64,000 nucleotides of DNA from Neoechinorhynchus agilis (lineage: Eukaryota > Animalia > Acanthocephala), in contig CM121343.1 of NCBI GenBank assembly GCA_051530055.1, positions 4,806,389 to 4,870,388 on the forward strand. The letters run 5' to 3'. Positions 36,950 to 50,020 of the stretch are shown piece by piece. Within the stretch, counting starts at the first letter, position 1; every line of letters begins with the position of its first letter. Made by a program: the position numbers and the translations under genes. The notes beneath the pieces were generated by a model. The model searched no databases and had not been told where the DNA came from. It saw nothing but the letters and a program-made list of their open reading frames with translations.

Positions 36950-37760
36950 ATTTTCATCGGACCTATTCATAGTGTTTTTGATTTCTCAGCGGCCTATGAC
37001 AATATCAACCTGCAGTTTCTGCTGAGTTATATGTCTTTGCTCAATTTTCCTAACGATATTCTTGCCGGCTGAGGGATATACTTAGCTCAAAATCCTTTTA
37101 CGTCGAGGACGACACGGGCGGCAGTTTTCTTTCCAAATAAAGGTCTCTCTCAGGGTTCACCGCTATCGCCAATACTATTCCTGATTGCGATGCAATTCAT
37201 CTCGGGCTATTCAAGAAATGGGGTGAAAACGATTATCTGCGCGGACGATATTAGCGCTGTTCTTTTTACCGATAACTCCTGGAAACTCCCGGTGTTAATG
37301 AGAGACCTCGTATCTTTTATTAATCGGCAGTCACACTTAATGGGCCTAAGCTTGAATTGCGATAAAACAAACATTATGGTTGTGGCTGGTAGCCCCTATA
37401 TTACCAAAAAGTTAAGAAGGATCATCAGGGAACAAATTCTACCAATTGTAGACCAAGATCCAAATAACAAAAATTTCAACCGAATTAAGATTTTAGGATA
37501 TAATTTTAATGCAAGGTTGAATGAGAAATTTGACCTGACACATTTTAATAAAATTCTTAAATTAGTAAAACGTTTTTATGTTAGAGCAAGTAAGCTGAAC
37601 CTAACGGACAAAAAACGCGTTCAAATTTGGAAAACATGGGTCATCTCTGACCTTACGCTTTTTAGTCGCGGTAGACCTCCGGAGCAGCGTCTTATTTTTG
37701 GAGAGGTTCTGCTTAAAAAATGCACTATTCCTCAAGCAGCCATATATTGACTCCTTGAAA
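36950..37760 (+). mobile_element. AT-rich non-LTR RT fragment lying between the two PLE pieces
   Basis: DFSAAYDNI, KGLSQGSPLSPILF, ICADDI, RIKILGYNF. Confidence 0.7.
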
Positions 37761-37854
37761 CATAATCTATGCAGATGGATGGAGGTTCGAAATGTATGAT
37801 TGCAGAACTTATGTTATGGCCCTCTGACACTTTCCTGTTCGTACGTATGATCAA

Positions 37855-38390
37855 ATAAAAAAATTATTATTCATAGTGAATTTGATTCGATTATGCTGGC
37901 GGTTGAGATGTTCCATGAACTCGTTAGCACTCTCTTCATCATCGGGCCAAACCACGAATATATCATCTTCGTATCTTTTGTAGAAAACCGGTTTAATCGC
38001 ATGAGATTCCATTGCGCTTTTTTCTAAGTAATCTATAAAGAGATTAGCCAGCACTGGGGCGATAGGTGAACCCATGGATACCCCACAATTTTGAGCATAA
38101 TATTTTCCATCGAACTCGAAACTTGCCGCGCAAGCTAACTCAAGCTGCATCTTTAGATATATTCTAACGTCAATTCCTTGAGGAAACGGAAGGAGGTGTG
38201 GAGTCGTCGCACTTATGGCATCTTCAACGCAAACATTTTTGCGAGATGTTGGTCTCGCTCAGTTTCTCAACAAATTCTCTCGAATTCTTCAAACTGGGAA
38301 CTACTTATGATGTTGTCTCTACCTAGGGTATGCGATCGAATATCTGCATCTGAAAATCCAAGATCGATTCAAATACATGATAAATTATGA
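37855..38390 (-). mobile_element. PLE reverse transcriptase fragment
   Basis: FDGKYYAQNCGVSMGSPIAPVLANLFIDYLE...YKRYEDDIFVVW...LNRQHNRIKFTM. Confidence 0.88.
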
Positions 38391-39539
38391 AAAATTTGAT
38401 TGCGGAAGCATTAGTAACTTCCTGCCGTAAACTTCAGTTCTCGTTTGTTTTTATCCATCTAAAATGATCTGTGGTTAACGTTCTAAAGATCCGCCCGTGA
38501 CTTTGGTTTCCAGAAGGGGAGTCTAAAGCTCATAGTGAACAAAATTGACCAGTTTGTAATTTCATTGGAAATGAATATTCATTGATTTACATACTCAGGT
38601 CACTTAAGCAACATTGCGGTGGAAGTTAAAAGATCATCTCTGGGAGAATATAAGCGATAATTAAACATTTTAATTCATTTAGTATACTGTGAGTTAGGAA
38701 TACTTTGAACAACCTTGAAATGAAAGCATCGGAAACCACAGATTTTTGTTTTGCCGTCTATGAAGTTATGCTCAATGGTGATTATAAGAGATTGGCAAAA
38801 AAGACATATTGATTGTTTGTATCGTCACAGCATTCATTGAACAAAGTAGCTTTCATTTCCAGTGTTCAAGGCAGCAATGGCTTCGATCCATTTCAAGAAA
38901 CAGAACAAATTAAGCTTAAATACGTTAGTTCCACGTACTGATCACCATGGCAACGAAATATCGAATATGTTCAAAATTTAGTAGTGCAATGTTTATCAAC
39001 TTCTTCGTACTTTGTCTTCAGAATGTAAACATCGTGCCACGACTACCCACTCAAAGGCATGTGAATTTCAATTTGGATGTTCAACACGGTTCAAGGATGT
39101 CGCGGATCTCCAAGACAAAATCGCGAAGGTTTCATGCGTTCCTCTGGTGCATGCAACGAATTTACTTTGAAGGTCAGTAGTACCTCCATCGATGGCCTAA
39201 CGCACGGCTCTTGGACCTTGGGGTCGTGAATGGAGTCTGTTTAACTCTTGCCGACATCACCTGCACAATACACGATCCAAAGTGCACTGAGTGTCTCGTT
39301 TGCAAGGGTGTAAACGTTTGTTATCACCGAGGGCGACAGCGCTAAAATTATTTGCTCACCAAAGATAATCATTTTTGAATAAATGACTCGAGAGCATTTG
39401 GAAAAATGGGGATGGATTGCGAGCAATTGCGGCGTACGCAGCAATTTTTTAGAATTTCACAAGATTATACGGCATCTTTTTCATGGGTTTGTCGGTAGCG
39501 ATGGTGAAAACTTTCTGTTAACGAATCTTAGGTCTATAA

Positions 39540-40300
39540 AGAAAAAATTTACATAAATTATTAATTCACTTCGGTATAAATAAAGCGTTTGACGCTGTTG
39601 AAAAAAGTCCTTTTTCATTTTAAAGTTATTTTTAATATAATATATAAAATTATGTATTTTATCGAATGTAAATCTTTTTATTATGAAAATGATCATGCTT
39701 GCTCCAAATTTTACTCAAAATTAGGTGTACCGCAGGGATTGTCTCTTTCATCCACATTATTTTTGCCTGACATGATTTATATTTTAAAAAAGATAAAGGT
39801 TTCCAACTTCGTACATTCTGTAATTTATGCTGGTGGAATTTTTTATTTTGTGTCGCTCGCTCTAAAATTAATTTAATGTTTACTATTCAGAGTAACGTGA
39901 ATGGCTTATCCACGGCACTAAAAGAAGCTACTTTAATTATAAACCTCCATAAAACTTTTATCAACCCGTTAACTAAATCGCCGCGTTCCAGAAGATTTTA
40001 AAAAAACACAATGATTTCTCTATTTTTACTAATCAATGTATGGAAAAACACCAGAATTTTGGGCGTCAACTCATGGGATAAAATTTCCGATTTTATTAAC
40101 TCTTCTTTAAAGATCACATTAAACAAGGACAAGAAACTTATCAAACGTTCTAGGAATTTACTAACTGATCCTCGCAATTTATATCGAGCTCTAAGAGCAT
40201 TTTTTCAGGGGCGTTGTGTTTTCACGTCGTCGACCTCCGGATTTAACAGAGACATTTTGTTTAAGTTTTGCTCAAAAGCTTAAGAAGTTATTTTTCAACT
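39540..40300 (+). mobile_element. Highly decayed AT-rich non-LTR RT relic
   Basis: INKAFDAV, KLGVPQGLSLSSTLF, IYAGGI (degenerate YADD), TRILGV. Confidence 0.55.
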
Positions 40301-41224
40301 TACAAATGGATTTTTATCCTCTTTAATCGTTTCTAACAATTCGTTTATAACCAAAATCTGGTATTTTTATAACCATGTTAGCAAATATAAAATTTTTAAC
40401 GTCTATTCCTGCGCTAAATGCTCATGAGTGGCCAAACGAAGCACAATACAACCTAGATTCGGATCCTTGGTCACAATGCGCATTGCCTATTGTTAAAACT
40501 GGAAAAAATGCCCTCATTTGGTGGATCCCAAGGAGAATACGGGGTTGTTAAACTTTTGGATATCGACCAAGTTAGGCCAATATATACCGTGCCATAGTTC
40601 CGGGGGTAACAGTTGGTTTTGATGACCGTATTCCCGCTTTTGTACCGCCGGGAGTAACAACCGCTTTTAATCGCCACTTCTTAGTCTTTGTTTCTGTACT
40701 CACTTCATCCTCGCTTTTCATCTTCTATCCATTACATCAAAAGACACACCCTAAAAGAGGATAACCTCAATAGAATACCGAAGGCTAATCTCAAAAATAT
40801 ATACATTCCCCCAATCCGCCCCCAGGTTTTGAACCCTGTTACAAAAAAAGGTGATACAACGTTTGCAAAACCACAGTTTCGGTTTCAAACCGAAACACAA
40901 AACATCTCAACTTCAACCAAGAAGGATATTCAACATCCGTTTACGCCATTTACATGAGTCATCAACAGTTCTAACTGACCCGTAGGTCAGATAATTTTCC
41001 ACGTGCACATAGCGCCATCAAATGGCATTTCCGCCAATATTTACAGCTCAACTCAACCACCAGCTACTTAGAGTTCAACAACATCCAAGTAAGCTTTCAG
41101 TAATAACATTAATCCAACAATGTGACCTACAAACCGTTAGCGCCAACTAACAGTTTTACTTAACACCACCTTAAATCAATCACAAACACAATATCAATGA
41201 ATTGACTGAAAAATCTACATCTGT

Positions 41225-44200
41225 ATTTTTATGCCACATGTTTCTCTGTCATGCTCAGAGAGCTATCAATTAGGTCAACAACATGAACCTTTTTGCACCG
41301 CACGCTTCTCGGCCGAGCTCATAGAGCTTTCAATTATGTCACACCATCATGAACCATTTTTATGCCACATGTTTCTCTGCCATGCTCAAAGAGCTATAAA
41401 TTAGGTCAACAACATGAAACCAATTGCACCGCCCGCTTCTCAGCCCAGCTCATAGAGTTTTCAATTACGTTACACCATCATGAACCTTTTTTATGCCACA
41501 TGTTTCTCTGCCACGCCCAGAGAGCTATATATTAGGTGAAAAACATGAACCTTTTTGCACCGCCCGCTTCTCGGCCCAGCTCATAGAGCTTTCAATTCTG
41601 TAACACTATCATGAACCCTTTTTACGCCACATGTTTCTCTGCCACGTTAAGAGAGCTATCAATTAGGTCAACAACACGAACCTTTTTGCACCGCCCGCTT
41701 CTCGGCCCAATTCACAGAGCTTTCAATTATGTCACACCATCATGAACCGTTTTTATGCCACATGTTTCTCTGCGATGCTCAGTGAACTATCAATTAGGTC
41801 AGCAACACGAACCTTTTTGCACCGGCCGCTTCTCGGCCCAATTCACAGAGCTTTCAATTATGTCACACCATCATGAACCGTTTTTATGCCACATGTTTCT
41901 CTGCGATGCTCAGTGAACTATCAATTAGGTCAGCAACACGAACCTTTTTGCACCGGCCGCTTCTCGGCCCAATTCACAGAGCTTTCAATTATGTCACACC
42001 ATCATGAACCGTTTTTATGCCACATGTTTCTCTGCGATGCTCAGTGAACTATCAATTAGGTCAGCAACACGAACCTTTTTGCACCGGCCGCTTCTCGGCC
42101 CAATTCACAGAGCTTTCAATTATGTCACACCATCATGAACCGTTTTTATGCCACATGTTTCTCTGCGATGCTCAGTGAACTATCAATTAGGTCAGCAACA
42201 CGAACCTTTTTGCACCGGCCGCTTCTCGGCCCAATTCACAGAGCTTTCAATTATGTCACACCATCATGAACCGTTTTTATGCCACATGTTTCTCTGCGAT
42301 GCTCAGTGAACTATCAATTAGGTAAGCAACACGAACCTTTTTGCACCGGCCGCTTCTCAACCAAGCTCATAGAGCTTTCAATTACGTCACACCATCATGA
42401 ATCCTTTTTATGCAACATGATTCTCTGCCATGCTCAGAGAGCTATCAATTAGGTCAACAACACGAACCTTTTTGCACCGCCCGATCTTGGCCCATCTCAT
42501 AGAGCTTTCAATTACGTCACACCACCCTGAAACCTTTTTATGCCACATGTTTCTCGGCCACGCTCAGAGAGCTATCAATTAGGTCAACAACATGAACCTT
42601 TTTGTACCGCACGCTTCTCGGCTTAGCTCATAGAGTTTTAAATTATGTCACGTCATCATGAACCCTTTGTATGCACCATGTTTCTCTGCCATGTTCAGAG
42701 AGCTATCAATTAGGTCAACAACATGAACCTTTTTGCACCGCCCGCTTCTTGGCATAGCTCATAGAGCTTTCAATTACGCCACACCACCATGAAACCTTTT
42801 TATGCCACATGTTTCTCTGCCATGCCCAGAGAGCTATCAAATAGGTCAACAAAATCAACCTTTTTGCACCGCCCGATCTCGGCCCAGCTCATAGAGCTTT
42901 CAATTACGTCACACCATCATGAACCCTTTTTATGCCACATGTTTCTCTGCCATGCTCAGAGAGCTATCAATTAGGTCAACAACATGAAACCATTTGCACC
43001 GCACGCTTCTCGGCCCAGCTCATAGAGCTTTCAATTATGTCACAATGAATTAACCCTTTTTATGCCACATGCTTCTATCGCGCTCAGAGAGCTATCAATT
43101 AGGTCAATAAAATGAACCTTTTATCACCGCAAGCTTCTCAGACCAGCTCATAGAGCTTTCAATTACGTCACACCATCATGAACCCTTTTTATGCCACATG
43201 TTTCTCTGCCACGCTCAGAGAGCTATCAATTAGGTCAACAACATGAACCTTTTGCACCGCACGCTTCTCGGCCCAGCTCATAGAGCTTTCAATTACGTCA
43301 CACCATCATGAACCCTTTTTATGCCACATGCTTCTCTGTCGCGCTCAGAGAGCTATCAATTAGGTCAACAACATGAACCTTTTTGCACCGCACGCTTCTC
43401 GGCCCAGCTCATAGAGCTTTCAATTACGTCACACCATCATGAACCCTTTTTATGCTACATGCTTCTCTGTCGCGCTCAGAGAGCTATCAATTAGGTCAAC
43501 AACACGAACCTTTTTGCACCGCCCGATCTTGGCCCATCTCATAGAGCTTTCAATTACGTCACACCATCATGAACCCTTTTTATGCCACATGTTTCTCTGC
43601 CATGCTCAGAGAGCTATCAAATAGGTCAACAAAATCAACCTTTTTGCACCGCCCGATCTCGGCCCAGCTCATAGAGCTTTCAATTACGTATCACCATCAT
43701 GTACCATTTTTATGCAACATGTTTCTCTGCCATGCTCAGAGAGCTATCAATTTGGTCAACAACATGAAACTATTTGCACCGCCCGCTTCTCGGCCCAGCA
43801 CATAGAGCTTTCAATTATGTCACAATGAATTAACCATTTTTATGCCACATGCTTCTCTATCGCGCTCAGAGAGCTATCAATTAGGTCAATAAAATGAACC
43901 TTTTATCACCGCAAGCTTCTCAGACCAGCTCATAGAGCCTTCAATTACGTCACACCACCATGAACCCTTTTTATGCAACATGTTTCTCTGCCATGCTCAG
44001 AGAGCTATCAATTAGGTCAACAACATGAAACCATTTGCACCGCTTGCTTCTCGGCCCAGCTATTAGAGCTTTCAATTATGTCACAATGAATTCACCCTTT
44101 TTATGCCACATGCTTCTCTATCGCGCTCAGAGAGCTATCAATTAGGTCAACATGAACCTTTTTGCACCGCACGCTTCTCGCCAGCTCATAGAGCTTTAAA

Positions 44201-46089
44201 TTATGTCACGTCATCATGAACACTTTTTATCCACATGTTTCTCTGCCATGCTCAGAGAGCTATCAATTAGGTCAATAAAATGAACCTTTTATCACCGCAA
44301 GTTCTCAGACCAGCTCATAGAGCTTTCAATTACGTCACACCATCATGAATCCTTTTATGCCACTTGTTTCTCTGCCACGCTCAGAGAGCTATCAATTAGG
44401 TCAACAACATGAATCTTTTTGCACCGCACGCTTCTCGGCTTAGCTCATAGAGCTTTCAATTACGTCACACCATCATGAACCCTTTTTATGCCACATGCTT
44501 CTCTATCGCGCTCAGAGAGCTATCAATTAGGTCAATAAAATGAACCTTTTATCACCGCAAGCTTCTCAGACCAGCTCATAGAGCTTTCAATTACGTCACA
44601 CCATCATGAATCCTTTTATGCCACTTGTTTCTCTGCCACGCTCAGAGAGCTATCAATTAGGTCAACAACATGAATCTTTTTGCACCGCACGCTTCTCGGC
44701 TTAGCTCATAGAGCTTTCAATTACGTCACACCATCATGAACCCTTTTTATGCCACATGCTTCTCTATCGCGCTCAGAGAGCTATCAATTAGGTCAATAAA
44801 ATGAACCTTTTATCACCGCAAGCTTCTCAGACCAGCTCATAGAGCTTTCAATTACGTCACACCATCATGAACCCTTTTTATGCCACATGTTCTTCTGCCA
44901 TGCTCAGTGAGCTATCAATTAGGTCAACAACACGAACCTTTTCTCACCGCCCGATCTCGGCCCAGCTCATAGAGTTTTCCATTACGTCACACCATCATGA
45001 ACCTTTTTTATGCCACATGTTTCTCTGCCATGCTCAGTGAGCGATCAATTAGGTCAACAACACGAACCTTTTTGCACTGCACGCTTCTCGGCCCAGCTCA
45101 TAGAGCTTTCAATTACGTCACACCATCATGAATCCTTTTTATGCCACATGCTTCTCTGTCGCGCTCAGAAAGCTATCAATTAGCTCAACATCACGAACCT
45201 TTTTGCACCGCCCGATCTCGGCCCTGCTCATAGAGTTTTCAATTACGTCACACCATCATGGACCCTTTTTATGCCACATGTTTCTCTGCCACGCTCAGAG
45301 AGCTATCAATTAGGTCAACAAAATGAACCTTTTTGCACCGCAAGCTTCTCAGACCAGCTCATAGAGCTTTCAATTACGTAACACCATCATGAACCCTTTT
45401 TTATGCCACATGTTTCTCTGCCATGCTCAGTGAGCGATCAATTAGGTCAACAACACGAACCTTTTTGCACCGCCCGATCTTGGCCCATCTCATAGAGCTT
45501 TCAATTACGTCACAGCATCATGAACCTTTTTTATGCCACATGTTTCTCTGCCATGCTCAGAGAGCTGTCAATTAGGTCAACAACATGAACCTTTTTGCAC
45601 CTCCGGCTTCTCGGCCCAGTTCACAGAGCTTTCAATATTGTCACAGTGAATTAGCCCTTTTTATGCCACATGATTCTCAGCCATGTTCAGAGGGCTATCA
45701 ATTAGGTCAACAACATGAACCTTTTTGCACCGCCTGATCTCGGCCCAGCTCAGAGAGCTTTCAATTACGTCACACCATCATGAACCTTTTTTTATGCTAT
45801 ATGTTTCTCTGCCATACTCAGAGAGCTATCAATTAGGTCAACAACATGAAACCAATTGCACCGCCCGCTTCTCAGCGCAGCTCATAGAGCTTTCAATTAC
45901 GTCACACCATCATGAACCTTTTTTTATGCCACATGTTTCTCTGCCATGCTAAGAGAGCTATCAATGGGGTCAACAACATGAACCTTTTTGCACCGCCCGC
46001 TTCTCGGCCCAGCTCATAGAACTTTCAATTACGTCACACCATCATGAAGCCTTTTTATGCAACATGTTTCTCTGCCATGCTCAGAGAGC
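41225..46089. repeat. 130-bp satellite, ~37 copies, each unit a dimer of ~65-bp subunits
   Basis: Unit catcatgaaccctttttatgccacatgtttctctgccatgctcagagagctatcaattaggtcaacaa + catgaacctttttgcaccgcacgcttctcggcccagctcatagagctttcaattacgtcacac. The 130-bp period is seen directly (43439 to 43569). Confidence 0.97.
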
Positions 46090-46422
46090 GACATAACCTG
46101 TTCAGGTAAGGAAGGAGAATAGTTATGGAGTGATCGGTCGTGACGCGCAGGGCGCGTTCGATCGATAACGGACGAACAGTTGTGTGTCATCGTTTCAGAT
46201 CTACCATTTTTTCGTGTCTACTCTCATTGTGTACGCTCACTGCTTTACTTGAGGTGTGCGAACGCGAGCCAATAAAAGTTACTTTTGTTTTCCCCACAAA
46301 GCAAGAGTTGATGGCTAATCAGGCTGTAACAAGGATATATCTGTAAGAATAACAGAATTTTTTTTGTAGTCGCTGAGAAGCGAAATACAGTCTCAGTACA
46401 AATAGCGATCACAGTCAATATT

Positions 46423-49373
46423 TTATAGAATGAGAAAATCTTCTTCGAAAAAGGCGATTCGCTCATCGGTACTGATTGCTAATGTTGTGTTATAAAACGC
46501 CTTTGAGCAAGCGTTTCTCTTCTCCATTTGTCCAAGCCGGTCGTATACTCTAGCATTCAAGTAAATTGAAGCCAGCAGATACTTTATATCATCAACCTCC
46601 GTCAGATATACTTGAGATTGCTCCAGAAGTTGTGTTATTCTTTCCAACTCAGTTTTGAATTCGCCTGGATCGCTCTCGTCATTTTCTAACCGTTTAGATG
46701 CAATTCCAAGCATTGTAAATGCTTTTAGGTATAGATAAGCACCTTTACAAGTAGACCAGAACTCTAGTTGCTGCAGACATTCTGTATGTAGACACTCCAT
46801 TGCACTCTCGAATTCACCGCATTTAAGCATTTGTTTAACCCTCACTAATCCAGGCATTGGTAGTTTATTTAGGTAGCAAAATGTATCGTATGGAACATCG
46901 TCGAGTGAAATCGTAATTAGACTCATCGTGGATTGAACAATGGGACTTTCTAAAACTGCGTTAAGAGATACAAAGAAGTTCTCACGTCTTACTAGATCCA
47001 GATAACAGCGGCACACTCTGGCCAAGTCGGAATACATTGACAAAGCTAATATTCGTGCTTTTGTGAAGTCCAGTGCAGCCACAGCACCGTTGAATTGCGT
47101 AAGCGGACTTACTTTTACCTGAGGATATTGTTTGAGGAGACCGTGCGAGTAAAGAACATCGCACATTATTCCACTGCTAAGAATTGGATGCGTTTGACAA
47201 ATCATTTGAGCATTAAGGAGCCGTTCATCGTCACAAGATTTCGAATTGGTAATACATTGCTCGATGTCTCTCCTCCAACATGCACAAGCTGATCGTTTTA
47301 AGCAGCTTGGTGCGAGAGTTGGAAGCGGCTCTGCCAAGGCGAGCACATGCATCTTCATCGAAAATGGTGGTTGGTAAAATACTGTACGTGCACACCGATC
47401 GAGCTCGTTCCGCAACGGAGCACATTCACTTTGGGCAAGTTTAAATAGCTTATTCCAGGATGTGCTCAAATAAGTTTTATCGTATTATTTTTAAAGGTTC
47501 AGTCACGCTGTTTTCCAAAAAACTGATTTGTGGTTTAAATTTTGCGAAAAACTATACGATCAAAGGCTCGTCTTCCAAGCAGCTTTACACAACTGTAATC
47601 GTCCTTTCAAGCAAACGATTTCCCTCAAATCTTAAAAAGTATTAAATTTAGTCATTTTAAAGGGCTTAGGTTGATTTAAATCGTATCTTGTTCATTTTAG
47701 ACAGGTCTAATGCAATATAATTTACACAATTTAGGTGCCTATTTGTAGAAGTTCGCCGATCCGACCACTACAATGTTTTTGATTTAGTGCACTTGCACTT
47801 ATAAGCACTCCTGGTCTATTTCGGTTCAATGTCAAAAACATATTCGCTAGGCCGACAGATCCGAAAAACGCATAAGAAGGACAAGAATCCCCGGAGCAGA
47901 AACCAAAGTATTCATGATTGTAAGCAAATGTAGAGTGCTCATCTCTTCTTTTGATGCTGTCTAGCAGTCGAATGATTGGTGATATGTCTTTGAAGCTTTT
48001 TTGAATATTTAAGAGGAAACGTACAGCCTTTCGGTCAAATTCAGAAACGGATACCAATCCTTCCAGCGATGCGAGAATGGCATTTTCGAATGCAGTTGCA
48101 ACAATTGGTTCGTGTTGATGGATAGCATAAGAATCCAGTGGGTTATGGTAGCATTTCCGGTGAAGATGTGAGCGAACGATTGAACGGTATAAGCAGTCGT
48201 AATCGCATTGGATATATTTTGACCATATGCGGTAGAAGAAAGCACCAAAGAGTGACCACGCGGTAACGAATTTGCTTTCATTGATCGCTCCTTTGGATCC
48301 GTGACTGATGGGGCGTGCGTCTCGAACCACAAATCGAAGTTTATCGAACACACTAGTGAGTTCATCGACTGTAGAAATGAAGGGTGCTTTAGGACTCGAC
48401 TCGCATTTGTTTAAACCCGCAATTAATGCAACTCTAAAGACGGCGAGAATTAATTACGATCAATTACAGGGCAGCGAGGGATATTTGCTATGATTTCAAG
48501 CAGCGAATCGACGATTGTTCTGAGTTCAGTCGACACCCGAAGTGTTTCTGATTTAATTTTGTTATATCTTTCAATGAGGAGAAGAACTACTTCAATAGTA
48601 CGAATAAACTCTGGCTCAATGCCAAGATCAGTTCGACTCAAACGGCCAGTCGGACGTTCCATGTCGGCTTGAGCATTTATACAAAGAGCGATTACCTGCA
48701 TGTCTAAAATATCCACATCATTTTGCTCGGGTGCAACTGTGTACTGATGTGCAGTTGTAGTCGTCGTGGTGGTGGTATGGTCGCCGTGTAGGAATGTATT
48801 CATGGTCGTCATATCACCTCTTGGAGTAGTTCCCGTGTTCAATGTCCGGGGCGTCACAGTCATCGTACTGCTGCGGTTTGAATCCGAGTCGCTGGAGTCC
48901 AAGTGCCGTTGTTGTCGCTGCTGCATCTTCTAAGCAGAGTATTGAAAAATGTTGAAAGGAAATTATGGCCATTCGAATGCGGTACAAAATCAACGCTCTG
49001 CTACACATGAAAATTTGGCTTATTAGCTAAAATGTTGTTTCGCTGGCATGCCACAATCGCACAGCAACAAAAAAAACCACATCAACGTGCGAGAATTCCG
49101 ATCTACGGACGCTAAACACAACTTAGCGTTCGGAAAACCAAAAGCAACAAATTGAAAGTGAAAAATTGCATGTTCAAAACGGCGATTCTTCTCGATATAG
49201 ACATTGAGCTTTAACGAAGTTAAGCAGCAGTATTCGGTGAGGATCCAATTGTTTATGTCATCGAGTTCTGTCACATTTATATTGCAAACAACCAGCAGTC
49301 CGACAATACGGGCGAGATATTGTGAAAGGTAATAATAAAAAATGATCACTACCACCAAGCGAAATATATCCAT
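46423..49373 (-). CDS. ANAPC5: Anaphase-promoting complex subunit 5; multi-exon, one intron resolved (89 nt near 48.37-48.46 kb), other junctions and the start uncertain
   Basis: LDELTSVFDKL...SLFGAFFYRIWSKY resembles human ELKDMEQFFDDL...SVVGLFLRHMILAY. C-terminal SIYLNARVYDRLGQMEKRNACSKAF resembles VVYFQARLYHTLGKTQERNRCAMLF. INNWILTEY..LN resembles IKDWVTPY..LN. Confidence 0.7.
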
Positions 49374-49689
49374 GAACAACTTCACAAACGGTGATAATAT
49401 ACGTCATGCATATTGCATTCTTCCGTATCGTGCAGATTCTTACTCGAATTGGAGTTGGCAATGACGTATCTTATCGTCAGAATCCCTAACGAGTACAGAA
49501 ACAAAATTTATGTGGCACTGCGGTTTATTGATGGTCAAGGTACATTGTTCATATCAAAATGATGAACACTAGGCATGTGATTTCCGTCGATTGCAGGTGA
49601 CTGGAGCTCGTTCGAAACCCATTAAAGTGACAATCTTATATTTTCAATGAACGCTTGGTTTCAAGGATAAAAAACTCGCATTTTCCCTT

Positions 49690-50020
49690 TTCGTGGTTGC
49701 GCAAAAATTCTCGCAGTCGAGCACATTCTCGCTTGTCCTCGGCGACGCAATCTTTCCACCACTTCTTTGATCTTCGGAGCCTTCTTTTTCCCTCAGTGTT
49801 CATTTTTGCTACCTCCTGGATCAGTCCATTTGACTCATCTTTCATCACTCGGTCGCTGAATCTGATCCTCCATCGCTTCGATATGAACCACGAATCGCCC
49901 GATTTGGGATCATGTCACACCTAATAACACCTGACATCCACCGGAGCATGCTCATTTCAGACACCTGCATTCGCTTGACATGATTTGCTGGTCGGATTGC
50001 GGTCTTGTAGACCCTACCTT
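49690..50020 (-). mobile_element. RTE-clade LINE 3' fragment
   Basis: LKGRVYKTAIRPA...MQVSEMSMLRWMSGVIRCDMIPNRAIR is a typical RTE RT C-terminus. Confidence 0.75.

Noticed and set aside
41225-46089. CRISPR-like array or repetitive protein-coding ORFs
   Set aside because: There are no unique spacers and the context is eukaryotic; the short ORFs are by-products of the 130-bp unit.
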